IMG/VR virus record: IMGVR_UViG_3300022697_000096
Location: 1-32,826 of that record
Length of the DNA: 32,826 nucleotides
DNA from: a virus
Lineage: Duplodnaviria; Caudoviricetes
Strand: one strand, 5' to 3'
The notes beneath the pieces were generated by a model. That model searched no databases and was not told the DNA's origin. It was given only the letters and a program-made list of their open reading frames with translations. Position numbers and translations under genes: made by a program. Below are positions 9,066-17,509 of this stretch, piece by piece (position 1 is the stretch's first letter; the number at the start of each line of letters is the position of its first letter).

Positions 9066-9099
9066 CCAGCCATCGCTGCACGGTATATAGCTATTGCAG

Positions 9100-9128
9100 T
9101 TGACATGCCACAACATGTGGTATAGGGT
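9100..9128 (+). promoter_or_regulatory. Sigma70-type promoter upstream of the capsid gene
   Basis: TTGACA (9100-9105), 17-nt spacer, TAGGGT (9123-9128). The spacer contains the inverted repeat CCACA-ACA-TGTGG. Confidence 0.6.
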
Positions 9129-9137
9129 TTGATTGTC

Positions 9138-9306
9138 AGCCGGGGTTTGCGGACCGGTAGCAAGGGCAAGCCGGGCACGAACCCATGTACAGCATCTAGG
9201 CCGGATACGGTGGCGCAACGCCACTGCGGACCGGACAGGTGATGCGAAGGCTAAAGACGGATTAGGTCCGTCTTGTTTTCGCTTACACACCTGTTTAGGA
9301 CTCCGG
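9138..9306 (+). ncRNA. Putative structured cis-regulatory 5' leader RNA of the major capsid gene
   Basis: Three hairpins (9143-9184, 9192-9245, 9254-9274), a closing AGCC/GGCT stem, and an alternative pairing 9235-9248 with 9278-9294 next to the RBS. Confidence 0.55.
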
Positions 9307-9308
9307 CC

Positions 9309-10766
9309 ATGGACCCAATCAAATTAAGTTGGTACGCAAAGAACGTACTGCCCGGCATTTATGCCAAAGCAAAGGGCAATCTAGACACAATCAAGAAGGG
9401 GATCGTCGCATCGCTCAAGGTAGGCGAAGAGGAAATCCCCGTTGTCAACGAGCAGGGCGAAACCGTGGAGATCGATCAGATCATCCTCGTGGGTGCCCCT
9501 GCGATGGAAGACCCCCAAGCCGACCCGGCAGCAGACCCATCCCAAGCAGACCCTGCCCAAGCGTCGCTGCGGGCGATGGCAGATGCGGCGGTTGCTAAGG
9601 CACTGGCCGACTACGCAAAACCGACCAAGGTTAAAGTTCCCTTCCAGGCGCCACCGGCCAGCCACACCAAGGGCACCGTGCCAGCGAAGGTTAAGCGGTA
9701 CGGACCCGTGCGGTCATTCAAAGGCACAGACGCCGACTACAAGGCGTTCAAGCTTGGCGCCTGGTTCGCTGCCATCAACGGCAAGGATTGGGGTGTTCGG
9801 TGGTGCAAGGACCACGGCATCGAGGTCAAGGCCCACCAAGAGGGCGTCAACACCTCCGGCGGGTTCTTATTCCCAGAGCAGTTCGAGAACGACATGATTG
9901 ATCTGCGGCTTGAATTTGGCGTGTTCCGGCGACGGTCGCATATCAGCCCGATGACCAGCGACACCCGATCGGACCCACGTCGAACCGGCGGGCTAACCGC
10001 TACGTTTGCCGGTGAATCGGTGGCCGCTACCGAGTCAACCAAGGGTTGGGACCGCGTAACGCTAACGGCTAAGAAGCTGGTGGCCATCTCGCGCATCAGT
10101 TCCGAGCTTGCAGAGGACGCGGTAATCAATATCGGCGACGACCTAGCGTCAGAGATTGCTTACGCATTCTCCGAAAAAGAGGATCAGGCCGGTTTTAACG
10201 GCGACGGGACCAGCACCTACGGTGGCATAACCGGCGTCAATACGAGGCTAACCGACGTAAACGGCGTCGATAACGGCGGGGGTTTGGTGCTGGGGGCTGG
10301 CAACCTATTCTCAGAATTAACGCTTGCCAACTTCCACAACCTGGTAGGCATCCTGCCGACCTTCGCACGCTCCGGAGCATGGTGGTACGCCAGCCCGCTG
10401 TTCTTCAACCAGGTCATGGAAAAACTCATGATCGCAGCGGGTGGCACGACACCGGCAGACATCGCAAACGGCGGCACCAACAGGTTCATGGGCTACCCGG
10501 TGGAGCTGACCGAGGTCATGCCAACCACCGACGCCAATAGCCAGGTGGCCGTCTTGTTTGGCGACCTCACACAAGCGTCGAGCTTTGGTGACCGTCGGCA
10601 GACGACCATCGCCACCAGCGAGCACGCCACAATCGGCAGCGTCAACGTGTTCGAGTCTGATGAGATGGCTGTTCGTGGCACCGAGCGGTTTGATATCAAC
10701 GTGCACGACGTGGGCACGGCGACAGCCGCAGGGCCGATTGTCGGGCTAATCACCGCCGCAGCCTAG
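9309..10766 (+). CDS. Major capsid protein (HK97 fold) with N-terminal scaffold/delta-like extension
   Basis: SGGFLFPEQF, VTLTAKKL, ISSELAED, FNGDGT, FMGYPV, LFGDL, RGTERFD. Start at ATG 9309 after AGGA. Confidence 0.95.
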   Translation: MDPIKLSWYAKNVLPGIYAKAKGNLDTIKKGIVASLKVGEEEIPVVNEQGETVEIDQIILVGAPAMEDPQADPAADPSQADPAQASLRAMADAAVAKALADYAKPTKVKVPFQAPPASHTKGTVPAKVKRYGPVRSFKGTDADYKAFKLGAWFAAINGKDWGVRWCKDHGIEVKAHQEGVNTSGGFLFPEQFENDMIDLRLEFGVFRRRSHISPMTSDTRSDPRRTGGLTATFAGESVAATESTKGWDRVTLTAKKLVAISRISSELAEDAVINIGDDLASEIAYAFSEKEDQAGFNGDGTSTYGGITGVNTRLTDVNGVDNGGGLVLGAGNLFSELTLANFHNLVGILPTFARSGAWWYASPLFFNQVMEKLMIAAGGTTPADIANGGTNRFMGYPVELTEVMPTTDANSQVAVLFGDLTQASSFGDRRQTTIATSEHATIGSVNVFESDEMAVRGTERFDINVHDVGTATAAGPIVGLITAAA

Positions 10767-10784
10767 CTTTGGGTTTCACTCTAT

Positions 10785-10814
10785 CCCTGCCGCCTCCGGG
10801 CGGTGGGGCTTATT
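10785..10814 (+). terminator. Hairpin after MCP (possible partial terminator or mRNA stabiliser)
   Basis: CCCTGCCGCC-TCCG-GGCGGTGGGG followed by CTTATT (weak U tract). Confidence 0.55.
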
Positions 10815-10831
10815 ACAGATTGGAAATACAG

Positions 10832-11293
10832 ATGATTGATATGCAAAATGTGAAGTTGCTCCCGGTTATCCAGCCGGTAGCCATCGTGGACAACGCATCG
10901 TGGACGACCGTCGAGATCGACACCAACGGGTTCGATTATTGCACGGTCATCTTTCAGATGGGCGCCAATGACATCGCTGTGACCGCCCTCAAGGTGCAGG
11001 AATCAGACACTACCGGGACAGGATTCGCCGACGTGACGGGCTTGGTGTTTGGCACTAGCGCCAATACCGACGGATCGACCAGCACGTTGCCCAGCGCGAC
11101 GGACGACAACAAGCTGTTTGCCTTCCAGATCGACCTCAAGGGGCGCAAGCGGTTCTTGGATGTGGTTGCGACCAACGGCAACGGCACGGTTGGCGGATTC
11201 GCAGCCGCTGTAGCGGTCCTGAGCCGCGGCAAAGAGCTGCCGTCGTCAGCCGCCGACCAGGGCTTTATCCAGACCCTAAGGCTGCCCGCGTGA
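10832..11293 (+). CDS. Putative capsid decoration/cement protein
   Basis: Directly after MCP; beta-rich with IDTNGFD, LKVQESD, IDLKGRKRFL. Call is positional. Confidence 0.6.
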   Translation: MIDMQNVKLLPVIQPVAIVDNASWTTVEIDTNGFDYCTVIFQMGANDIAVTALKVQESDTTGTGFADVTGLVFGTSANTDGSTSTLPSATDDNKLFAFQIDLKGRKRFLDVVATNGNGTVGGFAAAVAVLSRGKELPSSAADQGFIQTLRLPA

Positions 11294-11487
11294 TGTTGAT
11301 TAAATTCACACAGGCGGTGCGTGGGCATTGGCCCGGCGACGTGGCCGATATGGATACACCTATCGCGACGCTCTATATCGCGCGTGGGTTGGCCAAGAAG
11401 TCTGCACCGCAGGCCAAGTCGATGGACGCGCCAACCAGAGACAAGTCGGTTCGACGTTCACGGGCACGACGCAAAAACCACCACTAA
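11293..11487 (+). CDS. Small basic protein with ribosomal bL9 N-terminal-like motif
   Basis: TGATG coupling. IKFTQAVRGHWPGDVADMDTPIATLYIARGLA resembles the bL9-N pattern (GDVV..A..LI.RGLA). Confidence 0.6.
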   Translation: MLIKFTQAVRGHWPGDVADMDTPIATLYIARGLAKKSAPQAKSMDAPTRDKSVRRSRARRKNHH

Positions 11488-11490
11488 CAG

Positions 11491-11523
11491 CCCGCGTGTG
11501 CTTAGCGGCACGCGCCGGGTTTT
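11491..11523 (+). terminator. Rho-independent terminator-like hairpin ending the head module
   Basis: CCCGCGTGTGC-TTAGCG-GCACGCGCCGGG followed by TTTT. Confidence 0.55.
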
Positions 11524-11528
11524 GAACT

Positions 11529-11831
11529 ATGGCATCTAGCCTCCAAATCTCGGCAGCCGGTGACGCGCTGAACCTCTACGCGGTGCTGCGTCGGCGTTCA
11601 GACGCCAAGGTATGGTCGACGGTCAGCCTTGCCTGGGAGTCTTGGTCCGACGCGAGCATCGACGACTACGACACGCCCCTGACCTCCAAGGGCGGCGACC
11701 TGTACTGGGCGGTGATGCCGCCGCAGATCATTCCAGGGACACAATTGCGGGTGACGTATTACAAGCGGTCAGGGTCAACGCCCGCGATCACCGACCTGAT
11801 TATCGATACCCAATCCACGGAGGCCAACTGA
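11529..11831 (+). CDS. Hypothetical protein, stand-alone paralog of the N-terminal domain of the next gene
   Basis: Shares LYAV.RR.SDA.VWST, YDT.LT, GDLY, YYKR and TPAITDL with 11831-12110. Confidence 0.75.
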   Translation: MASSLQISAAGDALNLYAVLRRRSDAKVWSTVSLAWESWSDASIDDYDTPLTSKGGDLYWAVMPPQIIPGTQLRVTYYKRSGSTPAITDLIIDTQSTEAN

Positions 11832-13000
11832 TGGCCGACGAGTTGGAAATAACGCACGCGGGAGACACCGCCGACCTGTACGCGGTGATCCGTCGCAAGA
11901 GCGACGCCCGTGTATGGTCGACCACAACCACATCGTTTGAGGTATTCGCCGACGCCAACATCGCCAATTACGACACGGCGCTAACCGCACGCAGCGGTGA
12001 CCTATACCAGGGCGACTTCCCAACCGCGATCACCACGCCGCTCAACGCGACCATCCACTACTACAAGCGCGCCACAGCAACCCCGGCGATCACCGACCTG
12101 TTGCTGTTCGTCAGTGATGAGTCGTGGGACGGCACGAGCCTAACGGGCGTGTCTGCAACGGTTAGCTCCAACGCCCTGACCACGCTGGACTCGGTTAAGC
12201 GGTACATGGGCACAAGCACCGTCGAGCACGACACGATCTTGACCGAGTTGATTAACCAGGTCAGCGAGCGGATCGAGAGCATCACCGCTCGGCGGTTCAA
12301 GGCGAGGGATTGGCACTTCTGGATATATAAACAGCCCGGCGATCCAGCGGTATTACCCCAATACCCGACCATCCGAATCAACAAGGTTTCAACTGGCCAC
12401 GCTGCGGCTATTGACGCCTCGTATACCGGCGCAGGTATTCAGGCGACGATCCAGGTTTACCGAGACGATACGGGCAAGAACGGCGGCACAAGCCTGTTTA
12501 GCGTTGATTCTAGCGGCGCGACCACCGTAACCGACCTGGCGTTTTCTGTTCACGGGTCGACCTCCGCTATGGCAGCGGCGATCAATGCGGTAGCAGACTG
12601 GACCGCCACTGTCCGCATGAATATACCCACCAAGAACCTGTACACCTCGATTGGCATAGACGCAAAGTCTAAGACGGCAAGCCTTAGCTACCCAGATATC
12701 GACCACGGTGTAAGCAACGTGGACCAAGCCATTGGGTTGCTGCATGAGGTCTACGGGAGCCCCGGCAACCCTCAGACTTTCGGCATGACGCTTGTCGAGG
12801 CGCGGTGCGGCTACGAGGTGATCCCCAACGACCTTGTTCTAGCCGCTAATGAGATGGTGGCGGCGGCGTTCAACGGGCGTGGCCACAACATGAAATTGAC
12901 CAGCCAATCCCTTGGCCCCGAGTCGTACACGCTGGCCAACGCCGCGGAGGTATCTGACCGCGTGGGCATGATCCTTGCTCAATACACGGAGGTCAGGTGA
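11831..13000 (+). CDS. Head-tail connector/adaptor (gp6/gp15-like) with extra N-terminal and inserted domains
   Basis: ALTTLDSVKRYM...DTILTELINQVSERIESITARRF and GYEVIPNDLVLAANEMVA...SQSLGPESY. True start is ATG 11831 (TGATG), not 11612. Confidence 0.8.
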   Translation: MADELEITHAGDTADLYAVIRRKSDARVWSTTTTSFEVFADANIANYDTALTARSGDLYQGDFPTAITTPLNATIHYYKRATATPAITDLLLFVSDESWDGTSLTGVSATVSSNALTTLDSVKRYMGTSTVEHDTILTELINQVSERIESITARRFKARDWHFWIYKQPGDPAVLPQYPTIRINKVSTGHAAAIDASYTGAGIQATIQVYRDDTGKNGGTSLFSVDSSGATTVTDLAFSVHGSTSAMAAAINAVADWTATVRMNIPTKNLYTSIGIDAKSKTASLSYPDIDHGVSNVDQAIGLLHEVYGSPGNPQTFGMTLVEARCGYEVIPNDLVLAANEMVAAAFNGRGHNMKLTSQSLGPESYTLANAAEVSDRVGMILAQYTEVR

Positions 13001-13001
13001 T

Positions 13002-13355
13002 ATGCCAACAGCCCCCCTAAACCTGATGGGTCACACGATCACCGTGGAGCGTTCGACCACAACCGTTGATTCTGGTGGTTCGCCTGTGACCGCGTGGGCT
13101 ACGCACCTGGACTGCGTCCAGGCCAGCGTCCAGCAGCTTAGCGGGTCCGAGTCTGTCAGGTACGGGGCCGAGCGTAACCGGCGTGCGTGGCGGCTGTTCA
13201 TCCCAACGCCCACCGATATTACCGAAAAGGATCGCGTCAAGTTCAACGACCGGTCAAGCGGGGCCTTGGTGCAACGCACCTTTGATATCCAGCAGGCCAT
13301 CAACCCAACAATCAACGGCACGGTGGTTGAATTGATCTGTGAGGAGACCACCTGA
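13002..13355 (+). CDS. Head closure/stopper protein (SPP1 gp16-like)
   Basis: TITVER...DSGGSPVTAW, ASVQQLSGSE, DITEKDRV; expected position. Confidence 0.8.
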   Translation: MPTAPLNLMGHTITVERSTTTVDSGGSPVTAWATHLDCVQASVQQLSGSESVRYGAERNRRAWRLFIPTPTDITEKDRVKFNDRSSGALVQRTFDIQQAINPTINGTVVELICEETT

Positions 13356-13798
13356 TGGCAAGCACACTGATATGGAAAGGCCCGTTGGCCATAAAGGTGG
13401 GGCGTACGGCGATGGCAAAAGCGCTGACGCAAGCAGCGGCGGTCATCCAGACCGAAGCCAAGGAGCAGTTATCCAGGCAGGGGCGTGGCAGGCTGCACCC
13501 GGGACTCAAGCATCGGTCCAGCGCACCGGGTGACCCGCCTGCTGTGCAGACCGGGGCGCTTCGCAACTCGGTGGTCATTGACAAGGCCCGCGTCAAAGAC
13601 CTGCGTAACCCCCAGGCGTCCGTGGGCACAGGCCTGGTGTTCGACAACGGCAATAACCAGGGGGCCACCCTGGAGTTTGGTACCCGCCACATCGCCCCGC
13701 GTCCCTGGATGCGCCCGGCGTTTATAGCGGGCCAGAAAAAGGCGCTGCGGGTGGCCAACAACATCATCGAAAAGGCGTGGAGGAGCGTGCACACATGA
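13355..13798 (+). CDS. HK97 gp10-like neck/tail completion protein
   Basis: SAPGDPPAVQTGALRNS, LEFGTRHIAPRPWMRPAF. Confidence 0.88.
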   Translation: MASTLIWKGPLAIKVGRTAMAKALTQAAAVIQTEAKEQLSRQGRGRLHPGLKHRSSAPGDPPAVQTGALRNSVVIDKARVKDLRNPQASVGTGLVFDNGNNQGATLEFGTRHIAPRPWMRPAFIAGQKKALRVANNIIEKAWRSVHT

Positions 13799-14196
13799 GC
13801 ACCCAGGCGATCGTCGATGCCATCTACGCCAAGCTGACCGCCGATCAAACATCGGGTTCGGTATACAGCGACGTGGGCGGTCGTATCTACGAGATGCGGG
13901 CACCCCAAGACGCTGCGCTGCCCCTGCTGGTGTTCACGGTGATCCCCGAGTCGGTCCCCCTGATCGCATCGGATAACACCGACGCCGAAGTACAGATTGA
14001 CTTGTGGGGTCACGTAAGGCTGGGCGCCAAGGCGATTGGCGATATCAACGACAAGCTGGACGCACTGTTTAACCGGGTAGCGATCACGCCAACGGGGTCC
14101 AACGCGGGCATGACCCAGGTGATCGACCCGGGGTTACGAACGATTGAAGAAGACGCGGTTCGGATCACCAGCCGCTGGAAACTGTTTACCAACTGA
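13795..14196 (+). CDS. Tail terminator protein (DUF3168/gp17-like)
   Basis: QAIVDAIYAKL...GGRIY..RAPQDAALP...VQIDLW; ATGA overlap. Confidence 0.8.
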   Translation: MSTQAIVDAIYAKLTADQTSGSVYSDVGGRIYEMRAPQDAALPLLVFTVIPESVPLIASDNTDAEVQIDLWGHVRLGAKAIGDINDKLDALFNRVAITPTGSNAGMTQVIDPGLRTIEEDAVRITSRWKLFTN

Positions 14197-14209
14197 TAGG
14201 AGCTTAATT

Positions 14210-14617
14210 ATGCCTGTTAAAGATATTGTCGGCGGGGCCACAGGGTCCGTGACGCTGCCCACGGGTTTCGGTGTCGACATCACCGATTGGGACGCGACCG
14301 TTGCGTCGGACGTAGCCGAGTGGCAGCCCATGGCAAGCGAGTCCAAGAAGACCAAGGTTGTCAGCCTGTCGCTGTCGGGTAGCTGCCAGGGCACCGCCCA
14401 GTTCAACGCCGCTGCAACCAACCCGCTACCCACGGGCGTGCTTGCAGGAGCATCATTTGCTGGCAGCTTTGTGCTTACCGCAGAGACGGGATGCACGCTG
14501 AGCTTCACGGGCAACATCACCAGCTCGGCGATTACCCGGCCAGGCAACGAACGGGTCACGGTGGCCTACCAATTCGTAAGCGACGGCGATGTTACCGTTG
14601 CGTGGGATGTGGTGTAA
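14210..14617 (+). CDS. Major tail tube protein
   Basis: AGGAG RBS; small beta-rich protein (LSFTGNITS, YQFVSDG) between tail terminator and chaperone. Confidence 0.7.
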   Translation: MPVKDIVGGATGSVTLPTGFGVDITDWDATVASDVAEWQPMASESKKTKVVSLSLSGSCQGTAQFNAAATNPLPTGVLAGASFAGSFVLTAETGCTLSFTGNITSSAITRPGNERVTVAYQFVSDGDVTVAWDVV

Positions 14618-14619
14618 CC

Positions 14620-15072
14620 ATGCAATTAACGACCTCTATATCAGGCGAAACGGTGGACACGATGATCGGCGGCGAGGCTATCTCGTTCCCCGTGCTGACC
14701 CTTGGCCAGATGGCCAAGCTGCAGCGTAAGTGGAGTACCACCAGGCTAGACTTAACAACTAAGTCATTGCTATCAATGGGTTTGCGTAGTGACGATCTGG
14801 TCGCCCGGGCCGTTGAGATATCCCGCAAGCCCGAGTCGCTGGCCGACACCTTGGCTGGCCTGGGCCAGATCGACAGGGCCATGGACACCTTATCGGAGTC
14901 AAAAGAGGGTTTTGACGCAGCCGGTGTGCGGATCAAGCCCGACGAGTTGGGCATCTTAGCACTGGCGATCTGGGGCTACCACACCCCGTCAACAGACCAA
15001 GACGAGTCCAAGGAACCCGAACCGGGAAAACCACAAGCGGGCCAGGGGGTTGCGGTGCTTCCGGGGGGGTAG
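14620..15072 (+). CDS. Tail assembly chaperone (gpG-like)
   Basis: Between tail tube and TMP; contains slippery heptamer G GGA AAA at 15024-15030. Confidence 0.75.
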   Translation: MQLTTSISGETVDTMIGGEAISFPVLTLGQMAKLQRKWSTTRLDLTTKSLLSMGLRSDDLVARAVEISRKPESLADTLAGLGQIDRAMDTLSESKEGFDAAGVRIKPDELGILALAIWGYHTPSTDQDESKEPEPGKPQAGQGVAVLPGG

Positions 15073-15263
15073 AGCGGGATTGGCTGCTTGATATGGCGGC
15101 GCTGAGGCGGTTCTACCACGGCCTGGACCCCGAATCGCTGACGCTTAAGCAGTTCAACGGGTACCTGGACCGCATGGCGGATTTGCTTGAGATGGAGAAC
15201 GGCACCGGCGACTCGTGGTCGCGGCGGATGCGGCGTTGGAAGCGACAGGCAGAGGATAGCTAG
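15024..15263 (+). CDS. -1 frameshift extension of tail chaperone (gpGT/gpT-like part)
   Basis: The -1 frame is open from the slip site to TAG 15261-15263, 2 nt before the TMP start: ...ERDWLLDMAALRRFYHGLDPESLTLKQFNGYLDRMADLL... Confidence 0.75.
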   Translation, partial: GKTTSGPGGCGASGGVERDWLLDMAALRRFYHGLDPESLTLKQFNGYLDRMADLLEMENGTGDSWSRRMRRWKRQAEDS

Positions 15264-15265
15264 CA

Positions 15266-16594
15266 ATGACACAGGGCACCGTAGGCATCCTAAACGTTGA
15301 CATCCGGGGCAGGCTAGACAACCTGGACAAGCAGCTCAAGCTTGCTGAGTCCAAGGCTGCAAAGTCGGCCAAGAAGATGGACGCTACGTTTAGCGGTGTA
15401 GCGGGTAAAGCGCTCAAGGCGTTCGCTGTGCTGGGCACGGTCGAGCTTGCGGTTAAGGCCGCCACCGCGGCTAGCGATGCGTTCAAGGGTGAGTGGGAGT
15501 CGGCTAGGGCGGTTATAAAAACCCTCCCCTTTGGCATCGGTTCGGTCGCGGGCGCAATAGAAGGTGTTCTCGACCGGATGCTAGGCGTCACGGCAGAGGC
15601 CGAGAAGTTCAAGAAGCTCAACGCGGACATCGCCAAGAAGATGACGGCCAGGGCCGATGCTGCCAAAGCGGAGGCCGTAGCCGCCAAGAAGATCGCCGAC
15701 GAGGCGGCGAGGTTAGCCGGGGTGAACGCAGGGGTCAGGTCGACAAGCCTGGGTACCATCCAAGAGCTTCAGTTGATTCAGGCGCCCGAGGGGATCACAC
15801 GCGACATCATCGCGGCCAAGCAAAACATCGACAACCGTCTGGCTGAGCTTGATAAGGCGATCGCTGACGGCGCAAGCAGGGAAGTAATCGACAGGGAGAA
15901 GGCGCTTCTTGGGGCACTGAAAGGACTTCAGATCGCCGCGCTAAGAGAAGCCGAGGCGCTGAGGCTGGCGGCGATTGAGGAGCGTAAGCAGGCCGAAATC
16001 AAAGCCGCCAAAGACGCCCAGGCAGCGATCCAGGCAGCCGCCAACTCGGTCAAGCGTACGGCAGATCAACAGCTTGAAGTGCTCAACGCACCCGAGGGGT
16101 TGGACAGGCTCCTTGTAAAGATCAACCAGGATTTTGAAAACCAGCTCAGAGCGCTGAGCGACGCTCTTGGTGGAGATTTTTCATCCGACGCGGCGCAGGG
16201 CGCACTGGCCGCACTCAAGGCATTACAAGACAAGCAGATAAAACAAGCAACCGCCCAAGACGCCGAAGCGACCAGAAAGCAGATAGAGGCAAAAGAGAAG
16301 GCCCTTAAAAAGTCCATCCAAAAACGCCTGGCCGATGAGAAACGGGCACAAGAACAGGTTGTTAAGGATCGGCAGCGTCTCCAAGACCAGATACAGGCGG
16401 CCCAATCGCAGATCAGGTCCAGGGAGCTTAGCAGGATATCGACCAACTTCCTTGACCTCACCGGCCAGCGGATCAAGGCAGGTGGGTCACCGCGTGCACA
16501 ACAGATACAGAAGACAGAGGACGCCATATTGGCCAAGAAATTAGATCGGTTGATCGAACTACAACAATCCCGATCCGAGGATTCCATTAGGTAA
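15266..16594 (+). CDS. Tape measure protein (short, 442 aa)
   Basis: TVGILNVDIRG..D N-terminus, Ala/Lys/Glu/Gln-rich helical sequence, position after the chaperones. Confidence 0.8.
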   Translation: MTQGTVGILNVDIRGRLDNLDKQLKLAESKAAKSAKKMDATFSGVAGKALKAFAVLGTVELAVKAATAASDAFKGEWESARAVIKTLPFGIGSVAGAIEGVLDRMLGVTAEAEKFKKLNADIAKKMTARADAAKAEAVAAKKIADEAARLAGVNAGVRSTSLGTIQELQLIQAPEGITRDIIAAKQNIDNRLAELDKAIADGASREVIDREKALLGALKGLQIAALREAEALRLAAIEERKQAEIKAAKDAQAAIQAAANSVKRTADQQLEVLNAPEGLDRLLVKINQDFENQLRALSDALGGDFSSDAAQGALAALKALQDKQIKQATAQDAEATRKQIEAKEKALKKSIQKRLADEKRAQEQVVKDRQRLQDQIQAAQSQIRSRELSRISTNFLDLTGQRIKAGGSPRAQQIQKTEDAILAKKLDRLIELQQSRSEDSIR

Positions 16595-16599
16595 TTAGT

Positions 16600-17502
16600 A
16601 TGTCCAAGGTGCATATAGAAGACACCTCGTTTTCGTCGATTATAGAAACCGTCGACAGCAAAACCGTCACGAGGTCATTGAACGTCACGGGCTTAAGCGG
16701 CTCGCCTACGTCTATATTAGACACGGCCAGCAAGCTACCGGGCGTACCCAAGGTGTGCGACGCGCACCCGACGATAGCAGGCTTGGTGGCGGTAGAGGTC
16801 AAGACCAAGCCGATTGGCGGCAACGACGCAAGCATCGTTGTCAGGTACGAGCAGCCCGGCACCGTTGGCGCGATTGGCGGCAGCACCATTGAGGAGACGG
16901 GGGGGTTTGTTGAGCGGGTAAGAACCAACACGGACTTCAAGGGTGAACTGATCCAGGTCAGCTTCGATCAAGACACTCAAAGCGGGGAGGTAACAATTGA
17001 TGTGCCCCGTCATTCGCTGAGGGTGACCCGGCGAGAGTCGTCAAGCCCGGCCAACGCCGCCAGGTTTTACGTCGGTAAGGTCAACCTAGGCCCTTTCCGG
17101 GGCGGTGGCCAACGGACGTGGCTGATGACATCAATCAACGGAACAACATCAGACGGTGGCAAGACGTACATCGTCACGTATGAGATGTTCTATAACCCTG
17201 ACAGGTGGGACGCCAGTGTAGGGTACAGGGGCGCAGATGGGCGCGTCCCGATTGGCGCAAAGATTAACAGGGTCAAGATGTACTCCGAAACCAACTTTAG
17301 CGCCCTTGGCATAAACAATATCGGCTCGGTTGTCGGCGGCACTATTTCTTGCGAGTCAGCAAGGGACTTGGGCGGCGGTGTCTTGGGTGCCCAGCCGTCG
17401 GCACCGGGTGGCAATACGCCACCGGGTGGCATCGGAGACTTAAACATACCCGGCCCGTCTGGCGGCAAGGGCGGCGTGGGCGGGCCTACAGTCCCGTTTT
17501 AG
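16600..17502 (+). CDS. Putative tail tip/hub protein with Gly/Pro-rich C-terminus
   Basis: Directly after TMP; beta-rich. Call is positional. Confidence 0.6.
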   Translation: MSKVHIEDTSFSSIIETVDSKTVTRSLNVTGLSGSPTSILDTASKLPGVPKVCDAHPTIAGLVAVEVKTKPIGGNDASIVVRYEQPGTVGAIGGSTIEETGGFVERVRTNTDFKGELIQVSFDQDTQSGEVTIDVPRHSLRVTRRESSSPANAARFYVGKVNLGPFRGGGQRTWLMTSINGTTSDGGKTYIVTYEMFYNPDRWDASVGYRGADGRVPIGAKINRVKMYSETNFSALGINNIGSVVGGTISCESARDLGGGVLGAQPSAPGGNTPPGGIGDLNIPGPSGGKGGVGGPTVPF

Positions 17503-17509
17503 GTTACAT

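Noticed and set aside
11612-11830. 462-aa ORF-track start for the adaptor
   Set aside because: The extension overlaps the real 11529-11831 gene; the TGATG-coupled ATG at 11831 matches the paralogous N-terminus.
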